Source: Diplonema japonicum (taxonomy: Eukaryota; Protista; Euglenozoa: Diplonemea). Taken from it: a DNA stretch of 64,000 bases. The stretch covers positions 1 through 64,000 of the forward strand of contig OZ025649.1 in the NCBI GenBank assembly GCA_964019335.1. The letters are read 5' to 3'. The notes under the pieces are model-generated. The model had not been told where the DNA came from and made no database searches. It saw only the letters and a list, made by a program, of their open reading frames with translations. Below, in pieces: positions 48,768 through 61,110 of the stretch (positions are counted from its first letter, which is position 1; the number at the start of each line of letters is the position of its first letter). The translations under genes and the position numbers were made by a program.

Positions 48768-49648
48768 CTAGTAAATCTTACCTTTCTTTTCCTTACATTT
48801 ACAACACAAACCCTCACAATGACAGTTGTCACCAGACCAAGAGGCAAAGGTGCATAACATACGATGCAAAAACTGGGACTGAAACTCATACAAAAACAGA
48901 AAAGAACACAAGGGAGCTACTGGATCCAGCTTCTGCCTCTTCGAGCCTTCAGCACCACCTTCAGCAGTGCGCTTTTGCAACATGTGTTTCAAACTAGCGA
49001 ACCCTGTGAATGGAATATACTGCTGCATCATGGGTGCAACCCTGTGAATGGAATAGGTTGTGCTGTAAGTTAGTATATTATCGATATCAGTGTTGTAGCT
49101 ATGAATCCTTTTATTGATGATATGCTTAGTGAACCATCTCTTGTTGAGCTAAAGATCCTTCAGATGAAATAACAATGCTATTAATATGTGTGGCGTTTGT
49201 AGAGTTACCTAATGACATTGAGTTACTTCCACTATCATGTCCAGCTATAGACCTATTTGTATAGAATCACTTCCACATGTATCACCTGCCCATAGACCTA
49301 TGCTAGTAGAGTTACCATGCAGCATTTCCCACATGTTACACCTTCACCTGTTGGGTTGTAGCCTGCATTGTCTCCTACAACAGTGGCTCCAAACCCAGCA
49401 AATTCTTGTTGGGTTGTAGTCTGCATTGTCACCTACTGATATTGTTTCTTCTCCATGAGTCGTATGAGTGGTTTGCCCTATTACTAAGATTTTATGATTA
49501 GTTGCACTTCCCCTCTTAAGCTGTGGTGCGTCAACATAGGGCCCTGTACCATCACTTAATAGGAGTTGTCCTCTTCTGTAGATGATGCTGGCGATCTCTG
49601 ATCTACTGTTGAAGTGGCAGATCCTATATATGAAGATCTGTTGCTCAT
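48768..49648 (-). pseudogene. Frameshifted remnant of a virus/phage-fibre-like beta-repeat protein
   Basis: Stitched frames give GQLLLSDGTG, ETISVGDNA, ATVVGDNAGYN, STSIGLWAG, SIQIG..AG and SMSLGNST..NSIVIS. Several frameshifts; AT-rich. Confidence 0.35.
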
Positions 49649-50248
49649 CCCCTTGTATCGAGGCTTACTCCAAACACATTCTTTTCTTTTTCTTTTTCTT
49701 TACACTTTATTGAGATTAACGTATAACAATGGATATGCATCATCAGTCTCTGATCAAGTCCATGTGACCATACTCATGACTGTTCTAAGAGTAGATATAT
49801 AGTAAAATCAAGTCCTCCTTCCTCATGTCTTTGACTTCTCTGTAGTTAATCTGCTTGTGGGTGGCCACTTGTTCGGTTATACGGTATACTTCTCATGTTG
49901 ACTAAGCTTTTCTACAATAGACATATTGACCCACTCCTCCTTCTTTATTTTACATCCATTCAGATACTTATGTGCTTTCTTAAGCTCTTCGCGGGTGTAC
50001 TCTTCATGATATGTAGGAACATAACATCTTCACCTGATTTAGTTTTAATGATCATCTTTACCGGATTTGTACTTATCATGAGGTACATAAAGGTACATAA
50101 TATTTACAAAAATAAAAAGAAATCCCAGAAAATATCCCTAAAAATAAAAAATCCCAAGAAACAAAATACCCCCCAGCCTGTGATACAGCAGACAACAAAA
50201 AATCTGATAATAATACAGGGGGGGGGGGCTCACAGCGATTCTAGTTCA

Positions 50249-50627
50249 CTATTGCCCAGTCCTGCACGTAAAGCACACTATATAGTCGCAGGACGGGCAG
50301 ACACTCCTGCGGGTGCTCATGTCGTGCTCACTAGAGCATTCCGTGCACACCCTGGTCTCTCCTTTCTAACCTGTTTGAGGGTTGTGCTGCAGTTGGGGCA
50401 GGGCACTCTCGTCAAGTTGTAAGTTAGTTGGCTTGGGGTCACCTAGCTTGGTGCCGCTGCTTGGCTTGGGGCTGAGGCTTCTCGGCTAGGCATTTCTTCT
50501 TCTTTTTCTTCTTCGTCAGACGCGCATCAGAAATGGCCTCTATGTCGATGCCCAGCCTGCTGAACATCTCATTAATCTCAAGGTCTGGGTCTTCGGGTAC
50601 TGGTTCCGGGTCGACTGACGGTTCCAA
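50249..50627 (-). pseudogene. Decayed fragment with a four-CxxC zinc finger
   Basis: CPNC../..CTEC..CPSC..CFTC across one frameshift. Confidence 0.35.
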
Positions 50628-52017
50628 CCTGTCCTGGGGTCATGCCAAAAATAAAATGAAAATAATCTTTGTAATGGGTCCAAAATCCGAAAAAGGTACA
50701 TAATTTATACATTGCAGTACATGTAAATCTTTTTTTTTAGGGCAGGGTATTTTTATTTTTGGGGGCGGAATTTTTTTTTTTTTTGGATTATTGAAAGCTA
50801 TTTTGAGGGTGGAAATCTTTCGGGGCGGAAATTTTGTAGGATTATTGAAAAGTCATTTTGGGGGTGGAAATCTTTTGGGGGCGAAACAACCACTTCCCCG
50901 TTCTCTAATGGCAGCATACTGTGGTGTGCTTGATTGGGAGTGGTGGGAGGGTGAAGAGTGGGAGGAATGGGACTGGCATATGCCAAGCTAGCAAGGCAGC
51001 TGGAAGAGGCCAGAGAACCAACAGAAGGTGTACTCGTGCTGGATGATATGATAGTCGGTGTCATCTGACACCAGTATGGTCTCCACCACTCTTCAGCAGA
51101 AGATCTGTTTCCATTTGTTCTTTATATTCATCAGTTGAGAGCTCCCTCCTCTGGCTCAGCAAAGACTTGCTGAGGCTGGTGCCAAGTGCACTGTAAGACT
51201 GCAAAGGCAGCAAGGCCGTAGGTAGGCAAGTAGGACGTAACCTACCATCCCGATCCCCTTTTAATTTTATTTTTGCTACTCGGAAGGAGGGAGGAGGAAG
51301 AAGGAGAGAAAGAAAAAGGGGAAAGGAGAAAATAGAATGACATCAATGTCCATGCGAAAAGCATAGAGTCGGGGGAAGAAGAAAAATGAAAAACAGGAAA
51401 TCTTTCTATCATCTGACATGGCCTCAGTGGAGATGCTCTCAGCCTTACCCAGCAGCATAAGGATGGGGCTGATTTTAGGAGGGCCTCAAGGGCAGCAGCC
51501 AAAGCCGCACATAAGCCTGGGGGCAAGAGAGCAGCGTAGCCTACTCCTTTTTTTTCTTTTTTTTTTTTTCGCCTTTATTAATTCTTATTTGACCTTTCCC
51601 ACACAGTATCTTCATCAAAGTGTCAGATCATGGTACATACGGCATAGGACAAGAAAGGCATGGCGAATTGTAAGCTGGCAGGGTGGCCCCTTCTGTTCCT
51701 CTCTCATTGGCTTCTGACTATTATAAGCGATAAAGAGAATTTTAATGCCGAACGGACAACTCCCGGACGCAACACAAACCGGAAGTTTGTCCGTCCGGCA
51801 TTTTTTGTTTTACAGTATTACCGGAAGCTTTGGCGGACCGGAAATTTTTACTTCCGGAAATTTATTGTTTTACAGTAGTCGTTTTTATGATACACGTGGA
51901 GGTGGGGAGGATTATGTTTTTTCTTTCCTTCTTTTTTTTTATTTTCCTTCTTTTTTCTATTTGATTACACTTCATTTGTTTTCTCCCTGCTGCCTTGAAT
52001 GGCTTGCTAGGTAGACG

Positions 52018-52155
52018 GTTAGTCGGTGGGAGTTAGTCGGTGGGGGTTAGTCGGTGGGGGTTAGTCGGTGGGGGTTAGTCGGTGGGAGTTAGTCGGTGGG
52101 GGTTAGTCGGTGGGGGTTAGTCGGTGGGGGTTAGTCGGTGGGGGTTAGTCGGTGG
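52018..52155 (+). repeat. 14-bp G-rich minisatellite GTTAGTCGGTGGG(G/A), ~10 copies
   Basis: Read directly. Confidence 0.95.
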
Positions 52156-52169
52156 TCTCTTCGGTGTCC

Positions 52170-53915
52170 TCAGAGGTATCTGATTGCCTCTTCGGGTCTT
52201 TGATAAGGATGTGCTTCCAGTGTGGATGTCGTAGTGTTTGTTTCAATGTCAGGGCCGTGCGGAAGGGCAAACAGGAGGTCAGTGAAGGGTGCCCATGTGA
52301 AAGTGTGTTTGTTGACGACGCCACACGCCGCTTGTCGCGTTGACATATTCGGGTTGTTAGTGATGATCAGGGTGTGCTTTCGTTTTTCCAAAGCTTCACA
52401 TTCGTAGGTTCCTCAAGCAACTGCATCAGCCTGCTGTGCATAATCTCTACTTTTGTGGTAACGGTTTTGCAGTACATTCCTGTTCGCTCTCGGTTCTCTC
52501 TATTAGGGGTTTCGGGGAATTTTGCATCTGCATAACGTACTTTAAGTACGGGTTTGTTGTTTTGGTTTCTGACATGGACAAGCAAGATAAGGTCCCTCCT
52601 CCCACAAAGAATCAGCACCGCATCGCCTTCTTGCTCCAGTAATTCAAGTTTTTTTTTTGAACTCGTAAGACAGTCCCAGCTCCATCGCTTTGTCAAGGCT
52701 CTTTCCTTTGCCAAACGGGTGATGGTTTGCTGTTGTCAAGCTCACTGACAAAACGCATGTTGGCACACTCCGTGGGAACCCAGTCGTAGACGATCTTCGT
52801 GTCATCACTTGTCAGCGGAGATGCACCCTTGTAGAAAAACACTGAGATGAAGAGCCCCACAGTTTTGTGGGCACGCTCCTCGAATGTGATCGAGTTCATG
52901 CTCCAACTAAACAGGTTAACCTTTTCAAATAGGAAGCGACCCCCAGGTAGGAAGGGGTGGCGGGACGTGGGTCGTTCATGTATCATCTGTTCCATCAGCA
53001 TATTATAAACGTGTGTGCACATGCTGAAGTCAATTTGGGGCACTGCAAGCCTGGCACCAGGCTGATTCACACGGACAACACTCACAGGGATTTCTTGCAG
53101 CGGAATAGCATCTTTATTTGCAGAAGCATAAACAAGTTTTCTCATGTTAAATCCGTTCATAAGCTCCTCGTTCCAATCATCAGAGTGCATGAGTGTCTTG
53201 TTGCTATCAACCCGACATTTTTGCACAGCGCTGCCGTCCGTGTCCAGTTTTGTTAGATCATTTCCAGCGGTGTTCAGCAGTGTGTCACATAGAGGCGCTT
53301 CCCGATTATTGCTGCACAAGTAGTTAATCCTGTTCTCTCTGTTTTCGCGTTCTCCAAAGAGACTCCTTCCCCATGACCTAGCTTGATCTCATAGAACCCA
53401 ATGTCTGCTGTGACAAGCTTGACTCTATCCCGAAGCTGCTGCTGGCCCCAACGTGCCATCTGCACTGCGAATGTTTTGCCCACATGTGACCCGTTCATCA
53501 AGACAAGTGCATGTGTTGCCATGGAATCCACAACTGCGGTGCTGTACTCCTTTACCTTGTCATCAAACGCTACCCTCCCAAAGCGTTGGTGTATTTCGGT
53601 GCCAGGCATCACTACTTTAGCAGTTCTACTGAGCTCTTCGAGTTGCTCAAACAGGGTATCAGGATCCTGTGGCGTTTAATTAAGTGCCCTGCATACCTTC
53701 GCTGCCATTTGTGCTTGCGACTGCATGTTGAGGACCCGTTGTTGGTTGAGGCTAGCACGTTGTTGGTAGAGGCCGGCAAGTTGTTGGTAGCGGTCGGCAA
53801 GTTGTTGGTAGTGGTCGGCAAGTTGTTGGTAGTGGTCGGCAAGTTGTTGGTAGTGGTTGGCAAGTTGTTGGTAGCGGCCGGCAAGTTGTTGGTAGTGGTC
53901 GGCAAGTTGTTGGTT
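52170..53915 (-). pseudogene. Frameshifted P-loop NTPase plus possible PD-(D/E)xK nuclease gene (Crinkler/RHS-like architecture), with an N-terminal 21-bp coding repeat (TNNLPTT)x~7 at 53762-53913
   Basis: Overlapping track ORFs 53274-53612, 52693-53319, 52367-52714 and 52170-52391 lie in successive frames with no intron motifs. Motifs are VLMNGSHVGKT (Walker A-like) and DLILL..YADAK. Confidence 0.45.
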
Positions 53916-53919
53916 GAGA

Positions 53920-54032
53920 CAGTGTTGGTCAGTCCCGTCCCGTCCCCTAAAACGGAATACGGGCCTGGACGGGACTAACGGGACTCCACGGGACGGGACT
54001 CGACGGGACTCACGGGACTCTCCCCAACACTG
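53920..54032. mobile_element. hAT-like MITE (TIR CAGTGTTGG; internal GTCCC/GGGAC repeats), recopied at ~55318 and ~56645
   Basis: cagtgttgg at 53920 and ccaacactg ending at 54032. Confidence 0.65.
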
Positions 54033-54159
54033 TCATTATTTTTGATAGTTTTGCAACTTTTTTTTTTTTTTTTTTCCTTTTGGAAAAAAAAAAAAAAAAA
54101 TGGAGGAAAAAAAAAAGAGGGAAAAATCCTTGATTTTTTTGACATACATGATGTGTTTA

Positions 54160-54200
<41 letters not shown>

Positions 54201-55002
54201 CCTTCTTTTTTCTTGTCTTCTCACATTTTTTCGCACACCTAAGCCAAGCTGTTGTTTCTGCTTTCCGCATCAAATGTTGTATTTGGATGTAATAGAAAAG
54301 GGAGAAATAATAAATAATATGTATAAGAGGAGGGTGTGTATGTTGATACAACAACAACAGATCGGTTCCTTGCTTTCAGCGCCGTGCCCCTAATGCGTGC
54401 AATGTACAGCTCAACCCCTGCATCGCATTGCCTGTTTGTTGCACATATTTTCATGTTATCCCCCCCCCACCTGAAAATAATATGGAGATAAATATATGAG
54501 TTAAAGGAGGCTGGTGTTGGCAGCACCCTGCACAAGAACTGTCTACTTGATTACAGGGGGCGCACCACAGCCGAGTTGTAGCTTCTTCTGCGTTCCGCGT
54601 CGTTTCCTTAATCACCGTGGCCGGGATGTAGCTTCTTCTGCATTCCACATCGTGCCCTTAATCACTGCAGCCAGGTTGTAATTTCTTGCATTCCGTGTCA
54701 TTTCCTTAAGCACCACGGCCGGGTTGTAGCTTCTTCTGTGTTCTGCATCGTGTCCTTAATCACCATGGCCGAGTTGTAGCTTTTTGTGTTCCGTGTCATT
54801 TCCTTAATCACGATGGCTGGACGGCCGGGTTGTAGCTTCTTCTGCGTTCTGTGTCGTGTCCTTAATGTGTGTGGTGTTCAGCTCAACCCCAGCCAGGGCA
54901 CCCCAGGTAACCAAGATTCTGCGCTTGTGTGGTTTGCTCAGTGATGACAGATGAGGAGGTCAACAGTGAACAACACATCTGATGTTTTTCTTATATGATA
55001 AA

Positions 55003-55047
<45 letters not shown>

Positions 55048-55450
55048 CTCCAGTCAGATTTTCAAGGGTGGGAGTGAATATAATATTTCACATTATTTCA
55101 CGCTTCACTTTATTTTCATTGCAGATTTCAGGCTTGTTTTAGGAAGAAAACAGGGGCAGAAATGAAAATTACTTTATGAGTGAATATAAAGTACTTTATA
55201 TTCACGCTAGCCCTATTTTTACTGTACAGCAAAGGTTCTTTGAATATGGGGCGCAAACCGAAAGGGATGGGTAAAAAGCCAAAAGCAGGTGCGGCAAGGA
55301 AAGAGGTGAAGGTGGTGCAGTGTTGGTCAGTCCCGTCCCGTCCCCTAAAACGGAATACGGGCCTGGACGGGACTAACGGGACTCCACGGGACGGGACTCG
55401 ATGGGACTCACGGGACTCTCCCCAACAGTCATTATTTTTGATAGTTTTGC

Positions 55451-55481
<31 letters not shown>

Positions 55482-56329
55482 CCCTTTGGAAAAAAAAAAA
55501 AAAATGGGGAAAAAAAAAGAGGAAAAAATCCTTGATTTTTTTTTGACATACATGATGTGTTTACCTTTTTTTTTTTTTTCTTTTTTTTCTTGTCTTCTCA
55601 CATTTTTTCGCACACCTAAGCCAAGCTGTTGTTTCTGCTTCCACATCAAATGTTGTATTTGGATGTAATAGAAAAGGGGGGAAATAATAAATAATATGTA
55701 CAAGAGGAGGGTATGTTTATACAACCTGTGTAAACAGATCGGTTCCTTGCTTTCAGCGCCATGCCCCTAATGCGTGCAATGTACAGCTCAACCCCTGCAT
55801 CGCATTGCCTGTTTGTTGCACATATTTTCATGTTATCCCCACCTGAAAATAATAGAAAGGAGATAAATATATGAGTTAAAGGAGGCTGGTGTTGGCAGCA
55901 CCCTGCACAAGAACTGTCTACTTGATTACAGGGGGTGCACCACAGCCGAGTTGTAGCTTCTTGTGTCTGTTCCGCGTCGTTTCCTTAATCACTGCAGCCA
56001 GGTTGTAACTTCTTGCATTCCATGTCATTTCCTTAAGCACCACGGCCGGGTTGTAGCTTCTTCTGTGTTCTGCATCGTGTCCTTAATCACCGCAGCCGAG
56101 TTGTAGCTTTTTGTGTTCCGTGTCATTTCCTTAATCACGATGGCTGGACGGCCGGGTTGTAGCTTCTTCTGCGTTCTGTGTCGTGTCCTTAATGTGTGTG
56201 GTGTTCAGCTCAACCCCAGCCAGGGCGCCCCAGGTAACTAAGATTCTGCGCTTGTGTGGTTTGCTCAGTGATGACAGATGAGGAGGTCAACAGTGAACAA
56301 CACATCTGATGTTTTTCTTATATGATAAA

Positions 56330-56373
<44 letters not shown>

Positions 56374-56776
56374 CTCCAGTCAGATTTTCAAGGGTGGGAG
56401 TGAATATAATATTTCACATTATTTCACGCTTCACTTTATTTTCATTGCAGATTTCAGGCTTGTTTTAGGAAGAAAACAGGGGCAGAAATGAAAATTACTT
56501 TATGAGTGAATATAAAGTACTTTATATTCACGCTAGCCCTATTTTTACTGTACAGCAAAGGTTCTTTGAATATGGGGCGCAAACCGAAAGGGATGGGTAA
56601 AAAGCCAAAAGCAGGTGCGGCAAGGAAAGAGGTGAAGGTGGTGCAGTGTTGGTCAGTCCCGTCCCGTCCCCTAAAACGGAATACGGGCCTGGACGGGACT
56701 AACGGGACTCCACGGGACGGGACTCGATGGGACTCACGGGACTCTCCCCAACAGTCATTATTTTTGATAGTTTTGC

Positions 56777-56807
<31 letters not shown>

Positions 56808-57650
56808 CCCTTTGGAAAAAAAAAAAAAAATGGGGAAAAAAAAAGAGGAAAAAATCCTTGATTTTTTTTTGACATACATGATGTGTTTACCTTTTTTTTT
56901 TTTTTCTTTTTTTTCTTGTCTTCTCACATTTTTTCGCACACCTAAGCCAAGCTGTTGTTTCTGCTTCCACATCAAATGTTGTATTTGGATGTAATAGAAA
57001 AGGGGGGAAATAATAAATAATATGTACAAGAGGAGGGTATGTTTATACAACCTGTGTAAACAGATCGGTTCCTTGCTTTCAGCGCCATGCCCCTAATGCG
57101 TGCAATGTACAGCTCAACCCCTGCATCGCATTGCCTGTTTGTTGCACATATTTTCATGTTATCCCCACCTGAAAATAATAGAAAGGAGATAAATATATGA
57201 GTTAAAGGAGGCTGGTGTTGGCAGCACCCTGCACAAGAACTGTCTACTTGATTACAGGGGGTGCACCACAGCCGAGTTGTAGCTTCTTGTGTCTGTTCCG
57301 CGTCGTTTCCTTAATCACTGCAGCCAGGTTGTAACTTCTTGCATTCCATGTCATTTCCTTAAGCACCACGGCCGGGTTGTAGCTTCTTCTGTGTTCTGCA
57401 TCGTGTCCTTAATCACCGCAGCCGAGTTGTAGCTTTTTGTGTTCCGTGTCATTTCCTTAATCACGATGGCTGGACGGCCGGGTTGTAGCTTCTTCTGCGT
57501 TCTGTGTCGTGTCCTTAATGTGTGTGGTGTTCAGCTCAACCCCAGCCAGGGCGCCCCAGGTAACTAAGATTCTGCGCTTGTGTGGTTTGCTCAGTGATGA
57601 CAGATGAGGAGGTCAACAGTGAACAACACATCTGATGTTTTTCTTATATT
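53920..57650. repeat. Tandem array of ~2.8 copies of a 1.3-1.4-kb unit containing poly-T/A tracts, the MITE and an internal ~45-bp degenerate sub-repeat
   Basis: Identical ORFs at 55128/56454, 55180/56506 and 55646/56972 are offset by 1326 bp; the first copy is more diverged. The sub-repeat ccttaatcac..gttgtagcttcttctg occurs ~6 times at 54570-54866. Confidence 0.9.
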
Positions 57651-57686
57651 TTCATGTTATCCCCACCACCTGAAAAAGAAGATAAA

Positions 57687-57726
<40 letters not shown>

Positions 57727-57959
57727 AACAGTCAGCACCCCCATGCACACTGAAATTTTATCGTTTTTTTTTTTTTTTTTTTTTCCTTTTGTATATTGTG
57801 CACCAGGAGGTGCATTGTGACACCTGCTTTTCCCTGTGCAGCATAGTGGTACATGTTATAAAACACGTGCTGTGTTGTGCACCCTGTGTTGCATACATCA
57901 TGTGTGTTGAAAATTTGCGGTGTTGGGGTGGTTTGTGGCCAACACTGCCCATCCCTTTT

Positions 57960-57993
<34 letters not shown>

Positions 57994-58074
57994 CAGGTGG
58001 TGGGGATAACATGAAAATATAAGAAAAACATCAGATGTGTTGTTCACTGTTGACCTCCTCATCAGTCATCACTG
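57592..58074. repeat. ~85-bp near-perfect inverted repeat (57592-57677 / 57989-58074) around a ~310-bp poly-T-bounded spacer, extending imperfectly outward
   Basis: gatgaggaggtcaacagtgaacaacacatctgatgtttttcttatattttcatgttatccccaccacctgaaaaa and its exact reverse complement. Confidence 0.9.
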
Positions 58075-58529
58075 GTAGTGCCCGAGTGGAAGAACATAAT
58101 GCAGATGCTCAGGGTGATGAACAGGCAGCAAACTGCACAAGCACAGAATCTTGGTTACCCAGGACGCACCGGCTGGGGTTGAGCTGTACACCACATGCAT
58201 CAAGGACACGATGTGGAATGCAGAAGAAGCTACAACTCAGCTGTGGTGCTCCCTCTTTCCCCCCTTGTCAATTCACTTTTTCACTACTGCTCTCTTTGGC
58301 TTCCTTCTGTTAACTCTTCTCATCATTTAAAACCTACCCTCTCACCTTGTGTATTTTTTGTTTTTGTTTACCATAGCTCACATTGGTTTCAGCCAAAGCT
58401 TACTTACATTTAATTTTTTTTTTTCTCACTCCATTCCACTCATATACCAACACATTTCTACACCTTCCATTCATGAATTCAGTGCTATTTCCAAGGGAAC
58501 AAGTCATGTTAGTGTGTATTAGTAGGTTC

Positions 58530-58567
58530 CAATAAAGTACAGAAACTGTAGCTTTAGAATCGTTGGT
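58530..58567 (-). other. Genomic relic of the spliced-leader (mini-exon) sequence, not an SL RNA gene
   Basis: Minus strand reads ACCAACGATTCTAAAGCTACAGTTTCTGTACTTTATTG. The 3' half CAGTTTCTGTACTTTATTG is the conserved kinetoplastid/diplonemid SL end. It is followed by GAACC, not the GT donor. Confidence 0.9.
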
Positions 58568-59666
58568 AGGGGGGGCATGGGGGGGCAAATCCAGGGGGGT
58601 GGGGGTGGGGGGCAAAAAAAAATATTTTTGTTGTGTCCAAAAAAAATTTTTTTCCACCCAAAAAAAGTTGTCAAAGACACCCAAAAATTGATTTTTTTTC
58701 CAAAAAAATTTTTTTTTTCTCAAAAGTACCTATCCTAGGCCTTAATAGAGGCTTTTAGTGAAGTGGGGTGAAAGTGAGAAGTTTGGGCGTGTGCACAAAC
58801 AAATGGAGTGTCAAACTAGTTTCCCCCCCCCCTTTTTTTCTCCTCTTTGCATCATCAAGGTTGAAAGTGGTGACTATATCACCACAACACTGACAGCACA
58901 ATATTCCATGTCGTGTCCTTAATGTGTGCAGTGTGCAGCTCAACACCAGCCATGGCCCTGGTAACTAAGATTCTGGGCCTGTGTAGTTTGCTGCCAGTTC
59001 ATCACCCCAGGCACAACCAGTGATGACCAACATGGAGGTCAACAGTGAACAACACATCTGATGTACTTCTTATATTTCCATATTTCTGTGATCCCCACCA
59101 CCAAATAACATGAAAGAGGTAAGGGAGACCAGTGACAGGGGGGTGCACCTTGGCTGCTTCTGCATTCCGTGTCGTGTCCTTAATGCATGTGGTGCAGCTC
59201 AACCCCAGCTGGTGCCCTAAGTAGTTTACTCACCCTGAGCATCTGCAATTTGTTCTTCCACTCAGGGTGCTACAGGTGATGACCAGCCAAGTGGAGGAAA
59301 TGCTGGGGGGCACTGCAGCTCAGGGTGATGAACAGGCAGCAAACTGCATGAGTGCAGAATCTTGGTTACCTGGGATGCACCAGCTGGGGTTGAGCTGTAC
59401 ACCACACACATCAAAGACACGATGTGGAATGCAGAAGAGCCCCCTGTAATCAAGTAGACAGTTCTTGTGCAGGGTGCTGCCAACACTGGCCTCCTTTAAC
59501 TCATATATAAAATATGGATAAGAAGAGCACCATGAAGAGAAGAAAGAGGAAGAAATAAAAAAAAGCAGCCTTATCTAATCCCATTTACCCAAACAACCCA
59601 ACTCATTTACAAAGAAAGAGAAAAGAAAGAAAAAACATAACCCAGGGCAAAACTTGTTTTTTTTTT

Positions 59667-61110
59667 TTAACCATCTATCAACAAGCGTCTATATATAGAC
59701 GATTTGAAAAAAAATCTTTTACACAAAGGGCTTTCAATACAATAGGGCCCTTTCTTGCCAGCAGGGTCCTGTGTGGAAAATATGAAAAAAATAAACTAAA
59801 TGCTGCCCTAACTTAACAAGAAAATGAAAAAATGAAAAAAAGCGCCAGCCCAAATTTACCCTTAAAAATCACTTCAAAAAAAGGTGCCTGGAAAGAGGCT
59901 GGAAGAGGACGTTATGAGTGATGGCAGCACTGATGGCTCATCCCTATTATGCAATTTTGATACAAACAGTGATTCTGATACGAATTCAACCCAATTCCGA
60001 GTCACAGCAGGGTGATTGGACAGCAAAGCCGGAGCAGTTGGAAGGCATCTGGTTTCGTGAAGATCGAAATCCTTGTGGACCCTGTTTTGACATCAAAGGC
60101 TCAATGCCATACCATATATTCTCCAAATGCTCATCCCAAACGTTATTCGGGTCATAACTTTGAACAATGTGGCAAATGCGGCTAAAAAAGGTGTCTCCCT
60201 GGATCTTGATACTGCTTCTCTGCATACCTTCCTAGGTGTCCTTTTGTCGATGGACTTGGATATCAAGCCAGATTATTCTGATTACTGGCACACTGGCTCC
60301 ACGTCTCTCAACTACACCCCTGGGTACACCACTGTCATGTCAAGAGACTGCTTTTTTGACTATTCTGGGAAATCTGTGTTTCCACAGCAAAACAAACAAG
60401 TGTGCTGACTTCTACTTATCACAAAGGCCTCCTGGAGATCATGGATACCCCAAAGAAGCGAGGCCACATGCCAAGGATGCGCATCCTGTGGGGACACCCA
60501 GTTCCACCAGCACACGAGCATCCTTTGCACCACAACGTGGCATGACATCATGCCAGTGTGCTTTCTATCAATGTTGGATGTTCTGGTGAAGTCGAATTTG
60601 ACGTGTCTGCCAAAAGAGAATGAAAGCTGGAAAGGACATCCCCCCACCAAGTGCATATTTACAACACCACAATGGGTGGAACCAATGCTGGGTGATACTG
60701 TGACAAAACACCATAAACGCTCCCTTATGACTTAAAAGTGGCCCCTAAAAGTATTTTTGTACTTGTTAGGTAAATCTCTGGCAAATGCTTGGCTTGTTTG
60801 GAAAGAAGCCTTGCCCCCCAATGCCCTGAGTATGAACAACAGTGGATTTACACCTTTCAAAGAGGCAGTCTAAACAACAGATAAAGTCAACTACAGAGCA
60901 GGCTGCCCCAATACCATGCCCCAAAACACAGAACAAGTGCTCTGAGACCCCAATGTGCCATGACAGTACCTTCTGGGACCATTTCCCCAAAAAAGTAGTG
61001 CAACGTGCAGTGCAAGCATTGCAAGTCGAAAAGACCCCTATTTCAGTGTTCAGCCTGCTTGGTACAACTTTGCGTGACTCCGTGCTTCAAAGACTACCAC
61101 CTTGCTGGGG
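59667..61110 (+). mobile_element. Decayed, internally deleted piggyBac transposon
   Basis: Left end TTAA-CCATCTATCAAC plus the 16-bp palindrome CGTCTATATATAGACG. Acidic N-terminus, PYHIF..LHTFLGVLLSMDL..PDYSDYW..PGYTTVMSRDCF (DDE_Tnp_1_7 N-part), and the C-terminal CRD CKHC..FQCSACLVQLCVTPCFKDYH (61011-61100). The catalytic core is not recognisable. A second similar left end TTAACCATCTACCAAC lies at 61824. Confidence 0.8.

Noticed and set aside
54570-54866. CRISPR-like ~45-bp periodic repeats
   Set aside because: Contiguous degenerate units without unique spacers, no cas genes, and a eukaryotic context.
55180-55210. Helitron 3' end (palindrome then CTAG)
   Set aside because: The hairpin abuts the CTAG, is AT-rich, and the next base is C rather than T; no Rep/helicase was seen.
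55128-57157. Duplicated 198/162/61-aa ORFs
   Set aside because: Poly-K/poly-F translations of homopolymer tracts in the tandem repeat.
58530-58567. Functional SL RNA gene
   Set aside because: No GT donor after the exon and no tandem SL array.
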